From an uncultured Methanosarcinales archaeon (GTDB lineage Archaea; Nanobdellota; Nanobdellia; Woesearchaeales; JACPIF01), in contig CAZRPY010000001.1 of NCBI GenBank assembly GCA_964602245.1, positions 152,246 to 216,245 on the forward strand: DNA of 64,000 nucleotides. The letters run 5' to 3'. Made by a program: the position numbers and the translations under genes. The stretch's first letter is position 1. Each line of letters begins with the position of its first letter. A model generated the notes under the pieces. The model saw only the letters and a program-made list of their open reading frames with translations, did no database searches and was not told the DNA's origin. Of the stretch, positions 57,230-64,000 are shown piece after piece.

Positions 57230-59773
57230 TTAAGGTGTTAATTTAGCTACACTAATTAAAGTATTATACCTATCCCAAATTTCATCTGCATAATTTATGT
57301 TTGTCTTGCCCCATCCATTGTAGGCTCTTAGACCTGCTTTATCAATAGTGTAATATATCAGAGTTGTTGTTGGTGCATAGGTATACTCACAAAACCTATC
57401 TTTATTGCATTTTCCATCGCATTTAAAGCCAAGACAAGAATCCGGATAGGGATGAACGCACTCTGAGGGTGAGGAGCAAGAATCTTTGAATTTCCCATAT
57501 TCCTGATTAAATATTTTTAATCCACAATCTATGTTTGATAAAGGATTTTTCTCCCTGTCAGCTGGGCATGTTGCTATTGTTGCTGTATTTTTCTTTGAGA
57601 CTTTCATAAGCCCAAACCATTCATCACCAGGGTCTAGGCTGTAAGCATTTTCATTGCATCCAGATTCCTGCACTATAATTGAAAGAGTAAATAAAGGATC
57701 TATACCATTTTTTTTTGATGACTGAATAATACTTTCTGCATGTTTTTTGCATGGCTCTTTTAGAGAACTTTGTATTGCAGTAGTAGCATCTATTATCTTT
57801 CTTAATCTCTCATGGCTTATTTCTCCAACGCTTTTTGTAGAGTCAATAGCAATAGGCTGCGCTTTTCTGCTAATATAACCAGATGGTAGTCTATTAACAG
57901 TAATGCTTATCTGCTCTGTTATTTTATACTTATAATTAATTTTTGCTCTAAAATATTTAATTGCAATGGGAGTTGCTCCAAGGAATTCCTCTGAGTTGTC
58001 TACGTTTAAATTACATAATATTGTAGTAGGAGTTTTAGCTTCTTTTACCCTTGCAGGATCTCTTTCTAGTTTATATGTCTTATAATTATCATCTTTGGCA
58101 ACCTCTTCACTAAAATCCTTATTCTCTACTAATTTAACATTATAATTTGGGCCACAAGCACTTTTACCTTCTGTTATTGACATTTGCTTTGGCACTTGCA
58201 AATAAATCTCTTTTATTTCAATTACTTGGCCTTTCCAGTTATTGTCTAAAGTAATGCCAAGCCTGGGGGTTATTGTTTCTATGCCTTTTCCAATGCCTAC
58301 TATCTCACTTGAAGTTCCCATGCCAATCATTATTGGACCGTTAGTGTAAACAGCCACAGGCTTCTTTTCAGTAATTCCAAACCTGTCTAAAGGATCAATG
58401 TTTTCTCTTAATAGTTCTCTTAATCTCTGTCTGTCCATAAAATAAGCTTTGACATAACCATATGTAGGAAAGTTCTCAAACTCAGATGAGAGCTTTATAA
58501 CATGGCTGCCTTCTTTTAACTCTTTCATATTACATTCTAGGTCAAAAACATCAAAGCTTTCAACAGTAAACTTATTTCTAGCTACTGTGCCTATTTTATC
58601 AGGGCTATTATCATCTCCTTCATAACAACTAACTGCTATAGTAATTGGAATACTTGGATCAATAGTTCTAGCCCTTAAAACTCCATATACAACAATAGTA
58701 TCGCCTGAATAATATTTAGGATCAGCAGCCTTAACTTTTTCTATATAAACACCTAAAGGCTCTTTTACGTTTCTGTCAACATTGCCTGTGTAATAGTCTC
58801 CTCCAACTGTATAAAGTACTGCTCTATCAAAGCTTTTCTTAACTTGCCCCGGGATGCTTTTGATTGTTGTAACAACATTGCTTAAACCTTTTGTAAAAGA
58901 ATTTCCAAGTTTTGACATTCCATCTATAACATCAATCTTTACTGGCAGGTTTTCAAGGCCACTAAAAGCTTCAGCTGCTGTATCCCAACCTATGACAGCC
59001 CAAAAAATAATTAATGCTGCAAGACCAAGTTTTAATACCCTAGTTCCACCAACACCAAATGTTAGGTAAATTATCCATAACGGTCCAAAAACTGCAATTA
59101 GGATTACTTGAAATATAATATTGTTTGCTAGAAAACTTAAGCCAGGTATATTAGGTAAGTATGGGAAGCCAAAAGCTATAGCAGAAATAATAAAAGGTAT
59201 CCTTAAATCTTCTATATGGAATCGTCCTATCTCGCTTTTAAAAACACCAAATCCTGCCCATAATGTTATAATTGTATAAAATAGCATCCTTATTCTAACA
59301 GGTAGTTGGAAAAAAGTGGAGAGATCTAATAAATAAACAACGATAGTCATGAAAAAAAACGCATTCAAACCAGTTAATGCTCTGGCACCAGCCCTTACTC
59401 CTGAGGCAGTTGCACCAGCAGCAGCACTGCCTATTGTAAGACCGGTCATTAAGCCTCTTCCAGTGCCTCTGGCAGCTCTTAAAGCTTTACTGCCAACATT
59501 TTGCCATCTTCTAGCTTTTTCTTGAGATGCTTGCAAATTTCCCATGCCTGCCATCTGCCTTTGAAGACTGGCTTCATATTGTTGCTCAAATAAATTCATT
59601 TGACTCATTCGCATTTGCTGTTCTCTCTGAGCCTGTGCCATAGCTGCGTTTTGCTGGCTAGAGGATTTCCTTAAATTCTTTACAGAATTAGCCATATTTC
59701 TACTGTATTTAGCAACTATACTTCCAGCACTAGCAAGCCCTCTTCCAATACCAGCAATTATAGGAACTACCAT
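57230..59773 (-). CDS. Large polytopic membrane protein (847 aa) with a Gly/Gln-rich N-terminal region and a C-terminal lytic transglycosylase (SLT, lysozyme-like) domain
   Basis: The C-terminus has IVQESGCNENAYS...FGLMKV, which matches the SLT family-1 motifs ES-x-F-x-P-x-A-x-S and GLMQ. There are about 5-6 TM helices after a Gly/Ala/Gln-rich N-terminal stretch. Confidence 0.65.
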   Translation of the reverse strand: MVVPIIAGIGRGLASAGSIVAKYSRNMANSVKNLRKSSSQQNAAMAQAQREQQMRMSQMNLFEQQYEASLQRQMAGMGNLQASQEKARRWQNVGSKALRAARGTGRGLMTGLTIGSAAAGATASGVRAGARALTGLNAFFFMTIVVYLLDLSTFFQLPVRIRMLFYTIITLWAGFGVFKSEIGRFHIEDLRIPFIISAIAFGFPYLPNIPGLSFLANNIIFQVILIAVFGPLWIIYLTFGVGGTRVLKLGLAALIIFWAVIGWDTAAEAFSGLENLPVKIDVIDGMSKLGNSFTKGLSNVVTTIKSIPGQVKKSFDRAVLYTVGGDYYTGNVDRNVKEPLGVYIEKVKAADPKYYSGDTIVVYGVLRARTIDPSIPITIAVSCYEGDDNSPDKIGTVARNKFTVESFDVFDLECNMKELKEGSHVIKLSSEFENFPTYGYVKAYFMDRQRLRELLRENIDPLDRFGITEKKPVAVYTNGPIMIGMGTSSEIVGIGKGIETITPRLGITLDNNWKGQVIEIKEIYLQVPKQMSITEGKSACGPNYNVKLVENKDFSEEVAKDDNYKTYKLERDPARVKEAKTPTTILCNLNVDNSEEFLGATPIAIKYFRAKINYKYKITEQISITVNRLPSGYISRKAQPIAIDSTKSVGEISHERLRKIIDATTAIQSSLKEPCKKHAESIIQSSKKNGIDPLFTLSIIVQESGCNENAYSLDPGDEWFGLMKVSKKNTATIATCPADREKNPLSNIDCGLKIFNQEYGKFKDSCSSPSECVHPYPDSCLGFKCDGKCNKDRFCEYTYAPTTTLIYYTIDKAGLRAYNGWGKTNINYADEIWDRYNTLISVAKLTP

Positions 59774-59860
59774 TTGACCTCTTTTATTAAATAATTAAGA
59801 AAATAGCATTTAAACCTTACTAATTCTCGGGCTCATTGAAAAGTTCCTCGCATTTGCTCG

Positions 59861-59978
59861 GTTGCCATCGGTTCGCATTGTCATGTTGCTACAGGTAACA
59901 GGAATTCCTACTTGCAATCTCCCTTCCTGTCTATGTTTAATTTGAAGATGCTCACAAATTGATGGCAACTACAAACTT
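59861..59978 (+). ncRNA. Candidate structured ncRNA or structured repeat element, family copy 3 of 3 (most diverged)
   Basis: The closing helix is gttgccatc / gatggcaac. The conserved strands are ggttcgcatt and gatgctcacaaatt. A TATA-like atttaaa lies about 50 nt upstream and the run acttttc lies downstream. The GNRA hairpin module of copies 1 and 2 is replaced by other sequence. Confidence 0.4.
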
Positions 59979-59996
59979 TTCAATAACGCCTAATTC

Positions 59997-61166
59997 CTAG
60001 TTACTTTTCAGGCTTACATTCAATTCAACAATATTTAATGTTTCTTTTGGAGTTACTTCAATGAAGTTATTGCCCTCTTCAACAAAACTGTCAATATTCT
60101 TAGTAAATACTGCCCTTGTCTGCTCTACCCTAAACTTATGGCCATTTACACTGATATCAGCGGATTTGCTAGATTTATCATCAATGAAATGCATAGCTAA
60201 AATTACGTCTTTCTTATTATTTTCTACATTGGAGAAATCAGCAGCAGTTATTTCAAAGTAATAGATTATAGATTTAGTTTCTTTTAAGTCAAGATCGAGC
60301 TTTATCTGCTCAATACTATAACTGCCCTTGCTTGACCTGAATACTATGGTATTAGTTCCCTCATTTAAAAGCTCAGGGTTAATATCTAAGGCAACAGTCT
60401 CTTCGCATATAGGAACTGAGGAATAGACATTCTTATTATTTATAGCTAATTCTAAATTTCCAATCTCTTGTTTGCCACAGAATGGAATGAACTTTAGCTG
60501 AGGTCTTTCTATATTCTGAGCCTCAGAGCTGGTAAGGACAAAAGAGTTCTGGCTTTTCTGCCTGCTTAAGTCAGTTATCTCTCCAATAATCTTTACATCC
60601 TCTAAACTATATTCATTTGTTCTCCAGAACTGCCATCCAACACTGCCAACTGAGAATTCTAATGTGTTAGAATCTTTGAGTAAACTTTTCTTGAATTCAA
60701 TTGGCTCAATGTTTTGAGATGTTATTTCATATTGGTAAATAAGTTGACCATTTAGCTTAATTATTAATTCCCCTTTATATTTCTGTACTGTAAATGAGAG
60801 GAAAACATTGTCTGTGTTCTCAAGATTAGGGATATTAAACTCTACTGTTTTATCTCTTTTGTCAAACACACCATTTCTTATGCTGAAAGGAGAGAATTTT
60901 GCTAAAACTTTTGATTCAACTGCTTCAATTAAGTTTACATTTGATATATCGATACTTTTTTTATCTTCAAGCTGGAAGGATAATGTTCCAGGAAATTCTT
61001 CCAATAATACTGAAACATCTACTTTCTTCACGGATTTGCTAGGAGTAGAAGGCTTACCACTATCTTCAAGAAGAGCTTCTCTTTCCTCAGGAGGCAATAT
61101 AACAATGTAAAGTATGATTATTAAAAGTATAATTAAGACTAATGTATTGGCTTGTCCTTTCCTCAT
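59997..61166 (-). CDS. Membrane-anchored extracellular hypothetical protein (389 aa)
   Basis: It has an N-terminal TM helix (LVLIILLIIILYIVIL). Confidence 0.5.
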   Translation of the reverse strand: MRKGQANTLVLIILLIIILYIVILPPEEREALLEDSGKPSTPSKSVKKVDVSVLLEEFPGTLSFQLEDKKSIDISNVNLIEAVESKVLAKFSPFSIRNGVFDKRDKTVEFNIPNLENTDNVFLSFTVQKYKGELIIKLNGQLIYQYEITSQNIEPIEFKKSLLKDSNTLEFSVGSVGWQFWRTNEYSLEDVKIIGEITDLSRQKSQNSFVLTSSEAQNIERPQLKFIPFCGKQEIGNLELAINNKNVYSSVPICEETVALDINPELLNEGTNTIVFRSSKGSYSIEQIKLDLDLKETKSIIYYFEITAADFSNVENNKKDVILAMHFIDDKSSKSADISVNGHKFRVEQTRAVFTKNIDSFVEEGNNFIEVTPKETLNIVELNVSLKSN

Positions 61167-61301
61167 TTTGACACCAGTTTTTTAATCCTAATGCTATAAA
61201 AAATTAATTATTGGCTATATAAATGTTATTGTTATAGTTATATTAACTTCAGAGTTGTTTTTAGCAATATGCTTATATACACTTCTAATTCTAAAAATTA
61301 T

Positions 61302-62366
61302 ATGAGAAAGATTTATAGCAATCTGAAGAAAGGAGAAATTAAAGCGCAAGTAACAAATAATGATGACTTGTGGTGCTTATCACAGGTAATAGATGAAGGG
61401 GATTTAATTAAAGGGCATACCGTTAGGAAGATTAAGCTTAAAGATAGCGAAGAAAGAGGCTCAGAAGCAATTAAAAAAACTGTTTTCATATCCATAAAAG
61501 TTGAAAAAGTGGAATTTCATGAATATCAAAATTCTTTAAGAGTTTCTGGTAAGGTTTTAGAAGCCCCAGAAGATATACCAAAAGGAAGCTATCATACCTT
61601 TAATGTTGAACAAAATTCAGTTATAACAATAATTAAAGAAAAATGGCTAAAGTACCAATTGGCCAGGCTGAAAGAAGCCATAGAAGAGCCTAGCAATGCC
61701 TTGATTTGTGTTTTTGACAGAGAAGAGGCTTATTTTGCTTTGCTTAAAAAGTATAAATACGAACTCTTACTTGAGCTAAAAGGGAATGTGCAGAAGAAAA
61801 ATGATGAAAGTAAAGTAACTTCTAATTTTTATTCACAAATCATATCTCATCTGAAAGAATATAGTGATAGATATCACTTAGATACAATAATATTAGCAAG
61901 CCCTGCTTTTTGGAAAGAGTATTTACTTGAAGAGCTTAAAGACGACTCTTTAAGGAAGAAAATAACTTTAGCTACCTGCTCATCTGCTACTATTAATGCT
62001 ATTGATGAAGTAATTAAAAGGGACGAGGTTAAACAAATACTAAAAAAAGATAGGATAGCTAAAGAAACTAGGCTAGTAGAGGAACTTTTTAAAGAAATAG
62101 CAAAAGATAATTTAGCAGCTTATGGCTTTAATGAAGTTGAAGAAGCAGTTAATTTAGGAGCAGTAAAGACATTGCTAGTAGCAGATTCTATTATATTAAA
62201 ATACAGACAAGAAAATAAGTATAATACATTAGAAAAAGTTATGAAAAGAGCTGAGGAAACTGGAGCAGAGGTCGTAATTATTAGTTCTGAACACGAGGCT
62301 GGTAAAAGGTTAATTGGATTAGGAGGGGTTGCAGCACTGTTGAGGTATAAGTTAAGTTATGGTTAA
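61302..62366 (+). CDS. pelA: Pelota (Dom34) mRNA surveillance factor
   Basis: The N-terminus reads MRKIY..LKKGEIKAQVTNNDDLW and the central and C-terminal domains are eRF1-like. The track ORF starts at 61269. Confidence 0.85.
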   Translation: MRKIYSNLKKGEIKAQVTNNDDLWCLSQVIDEGDLIKGHTVRKIKLKDSEERGSEAIKKTVFISIKVEKVEFHEYQNSLRVSGKVLEAPEDIPKGSYHTFNVEQNSVITIIKEKWLKYQLARLKEAIEEPSNALICVFDREEAYFALLKKYKYELLLELKGNVQKKNDESKVTSNFYSQIISHLKEYSDRYHLDTIILASPAFWKEYLLEELKDDSLRKKITLATCSSATINAIDEVIKRDEVKQILKKDRIAKETRLVEELFKEIAKDNLAAYGFNEVEEAVNLGAVKTLLVADSIILKYRQENKYNTLEKVMKRAEETGAEVVIISSEHEAGKRLIGLGGVAALLRYKLSYG

Positions 62367-62440
62367 TTAATTTCAATCACATCCAAGACGTGATTTAAAA
62401 ATAATTCTGAATTAGAAGTTTATTTAAGGGCTTTGACCCT

Positions 62441-62716
62441 TTATTTCTGTACTAAGTCACTCAACTCAGCACTAACTATAAACTGCTGAGCACCTTGTAA
62501 ATTATTTCTTAGTTGGTGCTTTGCCTGAGGGAATGGCATCTCATCTTTCTTTAATGAAATTAAATACGCAGTCATAGCATCTTTCGCCATAATTCTTGCT
62601 TCACCAAGTGACTCTGCTTCTGTAATGCATCCCGAGAGATCTGGAAACTTAACAATATAACCACCTTCTTCAGCAGGTTCTGCTTTTGCTACATAACTTA
62701 TTGTTTGGCTAGTCAT
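62441..62716 (-). CDS. HicB-family (UPF0150) antitoxin-like protein, with no adjacent HicA
   Basis: From the internal Met it reads MTSQTISYVAKAEPAEEGGYIVKFPDLSGCITEAESLGEARIMAKDAMTAYL, which matches the HicB N-terminal domain. Confidence 0.55.
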   Translation of the reverse strand: MTSQTISYVAKAEPAEEGGYIVKFPDLSGCITEAESLGEARIMAKDAMTAYLISLKKDEMPFPQAKHQLRNNLQGAQQFIVSAELSDLVQK

Positions 62717-62821
62717 ATTAATCCTCTTATAATAACTAAAAATACAAAGTGGAGACTTATATTTAAAACTTTTTATTTTATTAATAAAAAGCAACAACTG
62801 TATTTTGGTAAACGAAAATTA

Positions 62822-64000
62822 TTATTTCTTTATCCTGCTAACCAATGCAGCCATAGCTCTTGCAGATTTTCTTACATCATTGTAATCAGGAATGTTGTTT
62901 TCCTCTAGATATTTTACACTTGATTTAGTAAATTTACCTCCCATATATGTGCAAATTATTGGCTTTGATGGATATTTTTTATGAGCATCTATAACAATCT
63001 TGGCATCTTCAATAGTATCTGTCATTGTCTGTAGGGTTTGGATAACTATTAATCCAGAAATATAATCTTTTGACAGCAAAGTTTCTATTGCAACCTTATA
63101 TCTTTCAGGTAGAGCATCTCCTACAATGTCAAGAGGATTACTTCTTGAATATGCGTGATGCATTACACCTGAGCTGTCAAGCTCTTCAATTGTTTTTTTA
63201 TCTAACTCAGCTAGATTAATGCCAAATTCAGAGCAATAGTCTGCGCATAAAACACCTGCACCACCGCCATTAGTTACAATAGCAATAGAATTCTTCTTTG
63301 GAATAGGCTGGGTGGCAATGGCTTTTGCAATATCAAACATCTCCTCAACACTTTCTGCTAATATTACTCCACTTTGCTTAAAGGCAGCATTATAAATTTC
63401 ATAGCTGCCAGCTAAGCTTCCTGTGTGAGAGCTAACAGCCTTTATGCCTTGAGCAGTTTTACCAGCCTTTACAGCTATAATTAGCTTATTTTGTGATACT
63501 TTGCTAGCTATTTTAAGGAATTTCCGGCCATCTTTAATTCCTTCTATATAAAGAGTTATTACCTTAGTTTCTTTGTCTTTGCCAAAATATTCAATAAAAT
63601 CTGAAATATCCAAGTGAGCAGAATTTCCTAGACTGACTATGCTACTAAAGCCATATCTTTCCTCAATTGCCCAATCAATTATTGAGTCTGCTAAAGCCCC
63701 TGATTGAGAGATAAAAGCTATGTTGCCTTTTGGAGGCATGCTTGGAGCAAAACTTGCATTAAGATGATTACTAGTTCTTATGATGCCTAAACAATTTGGG
63801 CCTATTAACAGGATTTTTGCTTTTCTCAGTTTTTTAACAATCCTTTCCTGCAACTTCTTTCCTTCTCTGCCAGACTCGGAAAATCCTGAAGAAATAATTA
63901 TTAAACCTTTAACCTTTTTTTTAATGCAAAGTTCAACTTGTTTTTCAACAAGGTTTGCAGGAACTGCTATGATTGCTAAGTCAACATTATCTTTAATGCT
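62822..64000 (-). CDS. Acetyl-CoA synthetase (ADP-forming) alpha or succinyl-CoA-ligase-alpha-like CoA-binding protein; N-terminus runs off the window end
   Basis: It has LLIGPNCLGI and IAFISQSGAL. The reading frame continues upstream to the window end (...AIIAVPANLVEKQVELCIKKKVKGLIIISSGFSESGREGKKLQERIVKK...). Confidence 0.75.
   Translation of the reverse strand, partial: SIKDNVDLAIIAVPANLVEKQVELCIKKKVKGLIIISSGFSESGREGKKLQERIVKKLRKAKILLIGPNCLGIIRTSNHLNASFAPSMPPKGNIAFISQSGALADSIIDWAIEERYGFSSIVSLGNSAHLDISDFIEYFGKDKETKVITLYIEGIKDGRKFLKIASKVSQNKLIIAVKAGKTAQGIKAVSSHTGSLAGSYEIYNAAFKQSGVILAESVEEMFDIAKAIATQPIPKKNSIAIVTNGGGAGVLCADYCSEFGINLAELDKKTIEELDSSGVMHHAYSRSNPLDIVGDALPERYKVAIETLLSKDYISGLIVIQTLQTMTDTIEDAKIVIDAHKKYPSKPIICTYMGGKFTKSSVKYLEENNIPDYNDVRKSARAMAALVSRIKK

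Noticed and set aside
1-64000. rRNA operon or 5S gene
   Set aside because: No stretch resembling conserved 16S, 23S or 5S cores was seen. All long non-coding gaps are under 450 bp.

Overview
This window is AT-rich (roughly 30% GC by eye) and densely coding. It looks archaeal because it carries TBP, MCM, Orc1/Cdc6, PolD DP1/DP2, Hjc, EndA, FEN-1, RFC small subunit, PAN, aIF2-beta and Pelota. The central part, about 20.6 to 54 kb and again 61 to 64 kb, is an ordinary informational and housekeeping core. Its gene order is Orc1/Cdc6, then DP1, then DP2, with an AT-rich ORB-like intergenic region beside cdc6 that is a candidate oriC. Two accessory loci flank this core. The first, 0.7 to 20.6 kb on the minus strand, is an operon-like array of about 20 genes. 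Almost all encode proteins with N-terminal hydrophobic anchors, and at least 7 have textbook archaeal class III (type IV prepilin-like) signal peptides. The array also holds a VanY/M15-like peptidase, a 1627-aa Ca-binding adhesin-like giant protein, an 896-aa Cys-rich secreted protein, and two small pilin-like ORFs missing from the ORF track. The second locus, 54.1 to 61.2 kb on the minus strand, encodes a multi-TM protein with a C-terminal lytic-transglycosylase (SLT) domain followed by three tandem paralogous lipoprotein-like proteins. Three copies of a roughly 119-nt structured element sit in intergenic DNA at 7847-7965, 51406-51525 and 59861-59978. They share conserved strands, a GNRA hairpin and a closing helix that changes by compensatory substitution between copies. 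Each copy is preceded by a TATA-like box and followed by an oligo-T run, which makes it a candidate novel ncRNA family or a structured mobile element. Two more things stand out. A 29-nt motif is shared immediately upstream of the mcm and cas4-like promoters. A 120-bp array of five different perfect palindromes with alternating conserved flanks lies downstream of an orphan Cas4-like nuclease gene. I recognised no rRNA, tRNA or CRISPR array by eye. A tRNA scan is still needed.
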